Shown here one piece after another: positions 9,155 to 17,349 of a DNA stretch of 64,000 nucleotides; within the stretch, counting starts at the first letter, position 1, and each line of letters starts with the position of its first letter. The stretch lies in NCBI GenBank assembly GCA_020024285.1, contig JAHHTZ010000008.1, forward strand, positions 281-64,280, read 5' to 3'. Both the position numbers and the translations under genes were made by a program. This DNA is from Oscillospiraceae bacterium. Lineage in GTDB: Bacteria; Bacillota; Clostridia; Oscillospirales; Ruminococcaceae. The notes beneath the pieces are model-generated. The model ran no database searches. It was not told the origin of the DNA and worked only from the letters and a program-made list of their open reading frames with translations.

Positions 9155-10456
9155 TTATTTGAGCCGAACCTCCACCACGGTATCGATCGGGTCGGGGAGG
9201 AGCGGGCTTGCCCCGAAGGACACGAACACGAGATCGCGGTAGTTGGAGGTGATCCATCCCTCGTCCACGCGCAGCTCGCTGCCGTCGCGCAGCAGGCGGA
9301 TGGATTCCACCTGCTCGCGGCGGATGCCCGGCAAATAAACATAGCCGATCTGCGGCTCCATCACATGGTAATAGAGGCGCTTTCCGTCGCGGGAGGCGGT
9401 GATCCTGCCGTATTCGGGCTTATCCAGCTCGGCGCAGCCGCAGCCGATGAGGGAAGCGCGGTTGCGGCTCATCCATCTGCCGACTTCGTGCAGGATGGCG
9501 CAGGATTCCTCCGGAATCTTTCCCCTTGCGTCCGGTCCCACATTGAGGATCATGTTTCCGCCCTTGCTGACGCATTCCACCAGCTTTTTGATGATCATGT
9601 CTGCCGGCTTATAGTTGTGGTCGGCGGCGCAGTAGCCCCAGTTGCCGTTCATGGTGACGCAGGCTTCCCACACGGCGCGTTCCCCGGTTTCGCCGAAGAT
9701 GCCCTTAGGCGGGATGAGCTGCTCGGGGCTGACAAAGTCGCCGCAGTAGTCGGTCGGATGCGCCGTCACAAGCGAGCCGAGTCCTTCTCCGCTGACCTCC
9801 AGACGGTTGTTGAGGATGATGTCCGGCTGATAGGTGCGCACCATTTCCACAAGCTCCTGTGCGCGCCAGGTGTCGCAGGTCATGTTGTCGTAGGAAAAAT
9901 CGAACCACATGATGTCGAGCTTTCCGTAGTTGGTGCACAGCTCCTTGATCTGCCCGTGCATATATTTGAGGTAGCGGTCGAAGCAGCGGTTTTCGTTGCT
10001 GTATTTGGGATCGAGGCGCATCGGGTGGATCTTGTCGCCGTAGTGGGGGTAATCGGGGTGATGCCAGTCGAGCAGGGAATAGTACAGCCCCACGCGGATG
10101 CCCTCTGCGCGGAACGCTTCGAGAAATTCCGCAACAAAATCGCGTCCGCAGCAGACCTTGGAGGAAAAGTCGGTGTATTTTGTATCGAACAGGCAGTAGC
10201 CGTCGTGGTGCTTTGCGGTGAGCACCGCGTACTGCATCCCGGCTTCCTTTGCTGATTTTGCCCAGGTTCGCATGTCGCAGCTGTCGGGCTGGAATTCGTA
10301 CTTGAGCGGCTCATAGTCTTCCAGCGGGATCTGTTCGATGGAGCGCACCCACTCTCCGCGTGCAGGAATGGCATACAGCCCCCAGTGGATAAACATGCCA
10401 AAACGGGCATTGGTAAACCATTGAACCCGTTTGTTGTAGATGTTGCGGTCAAACAT
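9155..10456 (-). CDS. alpha-L-fucosidase, GH29
   Basis: GH29 N-terminal signature RFGMFIHWGLYAIPA and HHDGYCLFDT. ATG at 10456 lies one codon inside the track start (TTG). Confidence 0.9.
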   Translation of the reverse strand: MFDRNIYNKRVQWFTNARFGMFIHWGLYAIPARGEWVRSIEQIPLEDYEPLKYEFQPDSCDMRTWAKSAKEAGMQYAVLTAKHHDGYCLFDTKYTDFSSKVCCGRDFVAEFLEAFRAEGIRVGLYYSLLDWHHPDYPHYGDKIHPMRLDPKYSNENRCFDRYLKYMHGQIKELCTNYGKLDIMWFDFSYDNMTCDTWRAQELVEMVRTYQPDIILNNRLEVSGEGLGSLVTAHPTDYCGDFVSPEQLIPPKGIFGETGERAVWEACVTMNGNWGYCAADHNYKPADMIIKKLVECVSKGGNMILNVGPDARGKIPEESCAILHEVGRWMSRNRASLIGCGCAELDKPEYGRITASRDGKRLYYHVMEPQIGYVYLPGIRREQVESIRLLRDGSELRVDEGWITSNYRDLVFVSFGASPLLPDPIDTVVEVRLK

Positions 10457-10804
10457 CAAATCAAACCTTTCCGAATAAAGTTGTGTCAGCTTGATTATAC
10501 AATAGAAGTGATCGCCAAAAAAGATGTTTTTGTGAAAAATTTTTTACCCTATAAAAAAATGCAGGATGGAGCCGCAAAACAGAAAAGGAAAAGGAAGGAT
10601 TTCCTGCAAAACGAAAAAAATTGTCATATTATCACAAATAGAGCAAGATTTTACTTTCATTTTACAGAGGAATGTGCTACAATGAAAGAGCTTGTACAGG
10701 CGGATTTTTCCGTTTCTGATGGGAGAGCAAGAGAAGATCCGACCGGGATATACCGACCTGTGTTTGTATAAAATAGCGTAAATTTATGCTTTGGAGGTAT
10801 TATC

Positions 10805-11191
10805 ATGTATAACTTGGACCATTGCATTTTTGTAACGAACAACGACCGCGTGATGGAAAAATTCGGGGAAAGCGCAGGGGAAGTGCGCCTTCTTGAGGAT
10901 TACCGCGACGTTCTTGTTGCAGCGCGCGACCTCATCTATGCCGGGCACAAGCTGCTCACCCATCCGCAGGCCTCAAGCCTCAAGCCCAATCAGACCCCGT
11001 ACCGCACCGTTTTGCTGTATGGAGAAACGGGAGAGCTCGACAGCGAGGCGGTCATGCTGATCGAACAAGCTATCGAAAACTTCGACAAATGGCAGGAGAT
11101 CCGCCAGACCCCGCAATACGATCCCAAAATTGCCAACGACTACAAAACCATCGATCTTTCCATGATCGAAAATATTATTCCAAAATTATAA
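10805..11191 (+). CDS. grdX: GrdX-family protein (accessory protein of glycine-type reductase loci)
   Basis: About 128 aa, containing ...FVTNNDRV... and GHKLLTHPQASSLKPNQTPYRTVLL, which match my memory of GrdX proteins. Genomic context with GrdE/GrdB homologues supports the call. Confidence 0.65.
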   Translation: MYNLDHCIFVTNNDRVMEKFGESAGEVRLLEDYRDVLVAARDLIYAGHKLLTHPQASSLKPNQTPYRTVLLYGETGELDSEAVMLIEQAIENFDKWQEIRQTPQYDPKIANDYKTIDLSMIENIIPKL

Positions 11192-11204
11192 GGACCAGTA
11201 CGAT

Positions 11205-11915
11205 ATGTTTATTGATATTCCCGAATGCGCCCCACGCACTTTTTTTAAGAACCTCAAGCGAAAAGACTACATCGAAAAAGCATCCCAGATCATCCGCAGC
11301 GAAGGCACACAGGCGGTGAGCATCCGCCGCATGGCAAAGGAGCTTGACTGCTCCACCACGGCGATGTACCGCCATTTTCAAAACCTCGACGAGCTGCTGT
11401 TTTATGCACATCTGAGCGACCTCAACACCTATATCGCAAATCTCGAGGAAAAGGTGCCCACATGGAACTCAATGTGGGATGTTCACTTTGGCATCTGGGA
11501 GCTTTACTCGGACCAGGCGTTTCGAAAGCCGGAGGCGTTTGAGCTGATTTTTTACCGCAATCTCAACAAGGATCTCGGCTCTGCTTTGGAGGAATATTAC
11601 GAGATGTTCCCGGAAACCATCGTCAATGTCACCCCGCTCATCAAGGAGATGCTGCAAATTCCGGGCTATTATGAGCGCGATTATCATATCCTGATGCACC
11701 TTGTGGAGCACGGCTTGATCACGCCGGAGAATGCGAAAAAAATCAATCACATTGAGTGCAATCTCTTCCTCGGGTATTTCAAATACGTTCAGGATACCGG
11801 GATTTCTGAAGAAGATGTGCCGAACCTTGTGGCGCAGTTTATGGCAGAGGTCAAGGAGATCATCTCCCTGTACCAGCTTTCGGATATGCAAAGCGCCGCA
11901 AACGGACTTCTTTAA
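11205..11915 (+). CDS. TetR/AcrR-family transcriptional regulator
   Basis: N-terminal HTH region IIRSEGTQAVSIRRMAKELDCSTTAMYRHFQNLDELL. Starts 13 nt after grdX. Confidence 0.85.
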   Translation: MFIDIPECAPRTFFKNLKRKDYIEKASQIIRSEGTQAVSIRRMAKELDCSTTAMYRHFQNLDELLFYAHLSDLNTYIANLEEKVPTWNSMWDVHFGIWELYSDQAFRKPEAFELIFYRNLNKDLGSALEEYYEMFPETIVNVTPLIKEMLQIPGYYERDYHILMHLVEHGLITPENAKKINHIECNLFLGYFKYVQDTGISEEDVPNLVAQFMAEVKEIISLYQLSDMQSAANGLL

Positions 11916-12338
11916 ACCGAAACACACGACCACCATACGCCTTGTGCATGGTGGCTGTTTTTTTATACTTTTTACAATATCACGAAGCCTTAGCGCTTCC
12001 GGCAGGACTTCCTGATCCAAAACCGAACGCAAATTTTCGGATGGATCAGGGGGTCTTTTTTTCTGTTTTCACTTTTTTGTTTTCAAAATCAAGGGGCAGG
12101 GAGGAAAAAAATTCGGAATAAAAATCGCTTGGAGCGATTATTTTTTTGCAGAGCGGCTAAAATCATGTGAAAAAAATATGAACAAAAAGCAAGGAAAAAA
12201 TTAACTATTATCACTTAACAATTTTTCGTCAATGAAAATTGGGCGCCGATCTTTGTTATTTTTATTTGACAAGTTGGCGAATTTTACTGATACAAAGTAT
12301 CAATTTACAATAAAAATAATAAGTTATCGCTAAAACTA

Positions 12339-12367
12339 TTGAAAATTGCCGTGATAACATTTATAAT
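12339..12367 (+). promoter_or_regulatory. sigma-A-type promoter candidate for the Na+ symporter gene
   Basis: TTGAAA, a 17-nt spacer, then TATAAT, about 70 nt upstream of the ATG. Confidence 0.5.
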
Positions 12368-12435
12368 CAAGCCAAAGATTAATCTTGTTCGTCAAATGTC
12401 TGAAAAATATTGTTAAGGTGGAAGGAGTGCGTTTT

Positions 12436-13806
12436 ATGAGTAACAATGTACAGAACCAACCAAAACAATGGAACTCACGGTTTGGTTATATCATGGTAGC
12501 TGCCGGAGCAGCCATCGGTTTGGGAAACATCTGGAAATTCCCGTACTTGGCTTACCGCGGAGGCGGCGGCATTTTCCTGCTGGTCTATATTTTGATTATT
12601 GCTGTAATGGCACACCCGATGGTTGAAATGGAAACCGCAATCGGCAGACACGGTAAATCCGATACCGTTTCCGTTTACGAGAAGATCAACAAAAAATGGG
12701 GCTTTGTTGGTTGGATGGCAAATATTTGTACGCTGATGATCAATATGTTCTACGTCGTAGTCGGCGGCTGGGTGCTCAAATATGCGGCTCAGTTTATCGT
12801 CAGCGGCGATTTTGGAAACGATACCGCGATGTTCTACAACAACTACATCGCACAGCCGGTCGAGCCAATCATTTGGACCTTTATCCTGATGGCATTCTGC
12901 TCGTTCCTGCTGCTCTTCGGAATCACCGAGATCGTAGAAAAGGTTACAAAGGTCATCATGCCTGCACTGTTTATCATGCTGATCGTCTGCGGCGTTTACG
13001 CCTGCTTCAGCACAGAGGGCGCAATCGAAGGTCTGAAATACTACCTGCTGCCCGAACCAAAGAATTTCTCGATCAAAGTATTCGCGGACGCTGCAACTCA
13101 GGTTCTGTTCTCCGTTGGTATCGGCTGGGGTATCTTTACCACCCTCGGTGCCAATGTTCCGGACAAAAACAACCTTAAAAGCGATGCGATCCTCGTTTCG
13201 ATCTGCGATACCATGGCTGCGATCCTTGCAGGCTTCGTTGTCATCCCGTCCGCTTACGGCGCCGGCGTTGACCTGCAGGCGGGTCCAAGACTGCTGTTTG
13301 AAGTAATGGCCGGCATCTTCTCCAGAGTACCGGGCGGACGCTTCATCGGTGCATTCTTCTTTATCGCCGTTGCATTTGCTGTAATCTCCTCGCTGTTCAC
13401 CTTCTTTGAAATCTCCATGAAGACCTTTGAAGTGAAGCTGAACATGGGACGCAAAAAAGCAGTTGCTGTTGTTTCGCTCATCATCTTCATCGGAAGCATC
13501 CTCGTGTCCCTCAACTTCGGCGTGATGAAGAGTCTGGTGCTTCCATGGCCTCACATGTCCGGCATTCAGTGGTATGGTCTGTTTGACTGGTTCGATTGCT
13601 TTACCGCATACGTTCTTCTGCCTGCCGGCTGTCTGTTTACCTGCATGTTCGTTGCAAAGGTTTGGAAATTCGATGCCTATGAAAAAGAGCTTACTGCAAA
13701 CGGCCGTGACGGCAAGCTGAAGCCTTACGACAAATTCCTGGTTAAGTATGTCGTTCCTGCTTTCATGCTCATCATCATTTTGAATGTATTCGGCGTGATC
13801 CAATAA
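12436..13806 (+). CDS. sodium-dependent transporter, neurotransmitter:sodium symporter (NSS/SNF) family
   Basis: NSS signature GLGNIWKFPYLAYRGGGG and about 11-12 TM helices. GGTGGAAGGAG RBS before the ATG at 12436. Confidence 0.9.
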   Translation: MSNNVQNQPKQWNSRFGYIMVAAGAAIGLGNIWKFPYLAYRGGGGIFLLVYILIIAVMAHPMVEMETAIGRHGKSDTVSVYEKINKKWGFVGWMANICTLMINMFYVVVGGWVLKYAAQFIVSGDFGNDTAMFYNNYIAQPVEPIIWTFILMAFCSFLLLFGITEIVEKVTKVIMPALFIMLIVCGVYACFSTEGAIEGLKYYLLPEPKNFSIKVFADAATQVLFSVGIGWGIFTTLGANVPDKNNLKSDAILVSICDTMAAILAGFVVIPSAYGAGVDLQAGPRLLFEVMAGIFSRVPGGRFIGAFFFIAVAFAVISSLFTFFEISMKTFEVKLNMGRKKAVAVVSLIIFIGSILVSLNFGVMKSLVLPWPHMSGIQWYGLFDWFDCFTAYVLLPAGCLFTCMFVAKVWKFDAYEKELTANGRDGKLKPYDKFLVKYVVPAFMLIIILNVFGVIQ

Positions 13807-13863
13807 AAAATATTATTTGAGGGCAACATCCGGATTTTTCAGACAGTACACACGATTCGATCA

Positions 13864-13894
13864 AAAGAGCTGCCCTGCGGGCAGCTCTTTTTTC
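13864..13894 (+). terminator. rho-independent terminator
   Basis: Hairpin aaagagctgccc-tgc-ggggcagctcttt type stem followed by a T-run. Confidence 0.7.
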
Positions 13895-14040
13895 TATGAT
13901 GCAGTTAAAAAAGCCTCATATCTCCGCAGGATGCACAAAAGCGCGGCGGAATTTCCGGGGTGAAACTATAAAAACTGCTTAAACCATGCGATATTATGTG
14001 AACAAAGCAACCAAAGTTTAATAATTTGATAAAATGCAGG

Positions 14041-14069
14041 TTGAATATCGCGATAACATATGATATATT
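14041..14069 (+). promoter_or_regulatory. sigma-A-type promoter candidate for the grdE-like/grdB-like pair
   Basis: TTGAAT, a 17-nt spacer, then TATATT. The spacer contains the palindrome TATCGCGATA. Confidence 0.45.
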
Positions 14070-14168
14070 GAACATAAAGGTTAACGCGATAATCTTCACG
14101 CCCAAACCCCGAAAAATATGTCATTTATACGGAGATACGTTCAACCTACGAAAAGGAGGTACACATTC

Positions 14169-15458
14169 ATGAAGTTGGAATTAGGTAAAATCTTCATCAA
14201 GGATATCCAGTTTGGTGACAAAACATATGTCGAGAAAGGTGTTCTCTATGTAAACAAGGCAGAGGTAGAGGCTCTTGTACTGGAAGATGACAAACTTGCA
14301 GCGTGTCATCTTGAGATTGCAAGACCCGGCGAATCTGTTCGAATCACTCCGGTAAAAGACGTCATCGAACCACGCGTAAAGGTTTCCGGCGGCGGCGAAA
14401 TCTTCCCCGGCGTGATCGGCAAGGTAAGCCCGACCGTCGGCAGCGGCAGGACCCATGCGCTCGAAGGCTGCTGCGTTGTTACAGTTGGTAAGATCGTAGG
14501 CTTCCAAGAAGGCGTGATCGATATGAGCGGTCCGGCTGCAAAATACTGCCCCTTCTCCAAAACCTGCAACCTCTGCGTTGTGATGGAGCCAAACGGCGAG
14601 CTGGAAACACACGTTTATGAAAAAGCTGCAAGAATGGCAGGACTGAAGGTTGCGACCTATCTCGGTCAGGCTGCAAAAGAGCTGGAGCCCGACGAGATCC
14701 AGACCTTCGAAACAAAACCTGTATTCGAGCAGGCTGCCATGTACCCGAATCTTCCAAAAGTAGGTTATATCCACATGCTTCAGTCCCAGGGTCTGCTGCA
14801 TGATACTTATTACTACGGCGTGGATGCAAAACAGCTGGTTCCAACCATCATGTATCCAACCGAAATCATGGATGGCGCGATCGTATCCGGCAACTGCGTT
14901 GCTCCCTGTGACAAGGTAACCACCTTCCACCATCTGCACAATCCGGTAATTGAAGACTGCTTCAAGCATCACGGAAAGGATATCAACTTTATGGGCGTTA
15001 TCCTGACCAATGAGAACGTGTTCCTCGCAGACAAAGAGCGTCACTCCGATATGGTTGCAAAGCTCTGCCAGTGGATGCAGCTGGACGGCGTGCTCATCAC
15101 CGAGGAAGGCTACGGCAACCCGGATACCGACCTGATGATGAACTGCCACAAGGTAGAGCTTGCAGGCACAAAGGTTGTTCTCATCACCGATGAGTTCCCA
15201 GGCAAAGACGGAAAATCCCAGTCCCTGGCTGATACCTGCAAAGAGGCAGATGCACTTTCCTCCTGCGGACAGGGCAATGCGACCCTCCAGTTCCCTGCAA
15301 TGGATCATGTGATCGGTACACAGGATTACATCGAGATGCAGATCGGCGGCTGGGCAGGATGCGTAAATTCGGACGGCAGCTTTGAAGCAGAGCTGCAGAT
15401 CATCATTGCATCCACCATCGCAAATGGTTATAACCATCTTGCTGCAAGAGGTTACTAA
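14169..15458 (+). CDS. glycine/sarcosine/betaine reductase component B alpha/beta proprotein (GrdE/GrdG/GrdI family)
   Basis: N-terminus MKLELGKIFIKDIQFG.... 429 codons. Asn-Cys (SGN|CV) at residues 242/243, where GrdE proproteins self-cleave to form a pyruvoyl group. AAAGGAGG RBS. Confidence 0.85.
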   Translation: MKLELGKIFIKDIQFGDKTYVEKGVLYVNKAEVEALVLEDDKLAACHLEIARPGESVRITPVKDVIEPRVKVSGGGEIFPGVIGKVSPTVGSGRTHALEGCCVVTVGKIVGFQEGVIDMSGPAAKYCPFSKTCNLCVVMEPNGELETHVYEKAARMAGLKVATYLGQAAKELEPDEIQTFETKPVFEQAAMYPNLPKVGYIHMLQSQGLLHDTYYYGVDAKQLVPTIMYPTEIMDGAIVSGNCVAPCDKVTTFHHLHNPVIEDCFKHHGKDINFMGVILTNENVFLADKERHSDMVAKLCQWMQLDGVLITEEGYGNPDTDLMMNCHKVELAGTKVVLITDEFPGKDGKSQSLADTCKEADALSSCGQGNATLQFPAMDHVIGTQDYIEMQIGGWAGCVNSDGSFEAELQIIIASTIANGYNHLAARGY

Positions 15459-15478
15459 TTCAGGAAGGAGATATCATT

Positions 15479-16783
15479 ATGGCTAAATTTAGAGTAGTAC
15501 ATTATATGAATCAGTTCTTCGCTGGTTTGGGCGGTGAAGACAAAGCGGATCTTCGTCCTGAAATTCGAGAATCCGTGGTAGGTCCCGGCATGGCTTTGAA
15601 GGAAGCACTCGGAGAAAACTATGAAATCGTTGCAACCGTGATCTGCGGCGACAACTATTTCGGCGAAAACCTCGAAGAAGCAACCGACACCATTCTCAAA
15701 ATGGTGGAAAAATATAAACCGGACGTATTCGTAGCAGGTCCTGCATTCAACGCAGGTCGTTACGGTGTAGCTTGCGGAACCATCTGTAAAGCAGTGGAAG
15801 AACGCCTCGGCGTTCCAACCGTTACCGGTATGTACGTAGAGAATCCGGGCGTTGATATGTTCCGCAAGGACGTTATTATCGTAGAAACCGGAAACTCCGC
15901 TGCAAAAATGGGCACAGCAATGCCAAAGCTCAGCGCACTTGTTAAGAAGATGGCAAACAAGGAAGAAATCCTTGGTCCAAAAGAGGAAGGCTATCTCGAG
16001 CGCGGCATACGCGTAAACTACTTCGCAGAAAAACGCGGCTCTGAGCGTGCGGTTGAGATGCTCGTGAAAAAACTCAAAGGCGAAGCATTTGAAACCGATC
16101 TTCCGATGCCGGTATTCGACCGTGTTGATCCTGCCGAACCAATCAAAGATATCAAAAAAGCTAAAATCGCTGTGGTTACCTCCGGAGGTATCGTTCCGCA
16201 GGGCAACCCGGATCACATCGAATCCTCCAACGCAACCAAATGGGGCAAATACGACATCACCGGAATGGATCGCCTTTCCCCTGAGAAATTTACCACCATC
16301 CACGGCGGTTATGACAGACAGTTTGCAATGCAGAATCCAAACGTGGTAGTACCTCTGGATGCACTTCGCCAGCTGGAAAAAGAGGGCGAATTCGGTGAGC
16401 TGGTGAACTACTTCTGCGCTACCACTGGTACCGGTACTGCAACCGCATCGGCTGCAAAATTCGGCTCTGAAATCGGTAAAATGCTCCTCGACGAACACGT
16501 TGACGGCGTAATCCTGGTATCGACCTGAGGTACCTGCACACGTTGCGGCGCAACGATGGTAAAAGGTATTGAAAAATACGGTATCCCGGTTGTACATATG
16601 GCAACCGTTGTTCCGATCTCTCTGACGATCGGTGCAAACAGAATCATCCCAGGCGTTGGTATCCCATATCCAATCGGTGATCCAACTCAGGGCGAGGCAG
16701 ACAGCTACAAGATCCGTGTTAAAATGGTGAAGAAGGCTTTGCAGGCTCTTCAGACCCCAGTTACAGAACAAACCGTTTTCTAA
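15479..16783 (+). CDS. selenoprotein B of glycine-type reductase (GrdB/GrdF/GrdH family) with in-frame UGA (Sec)
   Basis: Track ORFs 15479..16528 and 16556..16783 share one frame and are separated only by the TGA at 16526..16528. Read-through gives ...VILVST-U-GTCTRCGATMVKGIEKYGIPVVHM, the UxxCxxC motif of selenoprotein B, for 434 codons in total. Confidence 0.85.
16526..16555 (+). other. UGA(Sec) codon plus candidate SECIS hairpin
   Basis: TGA at 16526, then hairpin cgttgc-ggc-gcaacg at 16541..16555, starting 12 nt after the UGA. That position is appropriate for a bacterial SECIS. Confidence 0.55.
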
Positions 16784-16809
16784 TCTAATACATCCCGAAC
16801 AAAACAAAG

Positions 16810-16851
16810 AGAATCCGCCGCAGTGCTGCATAGCACTGCGGCGGATTCTCT
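16810..16851 (+). terminator. strong hairpin terminator after the selenoprotein B gene
   Basis: Perfect 19-bp stem gagaatccgccgcagtgct / agcactgcggcggattctc with loop gcat. The T-tract is weak. Confidence 0.7.
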
Positions 16852-17110
16852 GCCGTGCGGCAGTCCTCCGAGGATTTGGGGGGAAAGGAATGAGCAGAAA
16901 ATTGCAGTTTCCTTCCTTTTTAAATGTAGTTCATACGAAGCACAGCACAGCACGGCACGGCATGGACAGCACCAACAGCACAGACCGAACAGAGCGGGAA
17001 ACAAAAGTTTCCTTCCTTTTAAATAGAGAAAAAGGAAGAGGATAAAAATAGTCACAATTCTTACCGAAAACCGGCAAAAAATCAGTAATTTTTCTTTTTC
17101 TACTTTTTCT

Positions 17111-17138
17111 TTACGAATATGACAAAATATGCTATACT
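17111..17138 (+). promoter_or_regulatory. promoter candidate for the MCP gene (long leader)
   Basis: TTACGA, a 16-nt spacer, then TGcTATACT (extended -10). It would give a leader of about 200 nt. Confidence 0.4.
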
Positions 17139-17349
17139 GTTGTATGCAAGATGAGTATGCGTCGATCCGATTCAGCCTGTGCTTTAGAAGGATGAACGAG
17201 GGACCTTTCCGCATGGAAAGGTCCATTCAGCTGCTGATTTCGACAATCAGGAAGAAAAAGGGAGGAACGTCTGATTTTTGCATCCTGTGTGACGATGCAG
17301 ATACCTGCATCCGGTCACTTATCTTTACTGATGAAGAAGGGAGTATCTT

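Noticed and set aside
10683-10804. Possible glycine riboswitch or other riboswitch in the leaders of grdX, the transporter gene and the grdE-like gene.
   Set aside because: A GGGAGAG and two ACCGA elements are present upstream of grdX, but the conserved glycine-aptamer core (…CACCGAAGGGGCAA… / …CUCAGGCAAAAGGAC…) is absent. I recognised no convincing aptamer architecture in any of the three leaders.
15479-16783. Treating 15479..16528 and 16556..16783 as two separate genes or as a pseudogene.
   Set aside because: They share one frame, are separated by a single TGA at the exact position of the selenoprotein B UxxCxxC motif, and have a downstream hairpin. This is interpreted as a single Sec-containing gene.
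12475-16831. Minus-strand ORFs of 442, 418 and 458 aa that overlap the transporter, grdE-like and grdB-like genes.
   Set aside because: They are antisense shadows of genes with strong family motifs, RBSs and terminators on the plus strand.
16780-17226. 148-aa minus-strand ORF with a Cys-rich stretch (LCCWCCPCRAVLCCAS), considered as a possible Cys-rich peptide or RiPP precursor.
   Set aside because: The Cys run derives from a (GCTGT/GCCGT)n low-complexity tract. The ORF reads through the 19-bp terminator stem of the grdB-like gene, there is no ATG start with proper RBS spacing, and no maturation genes are nearby.
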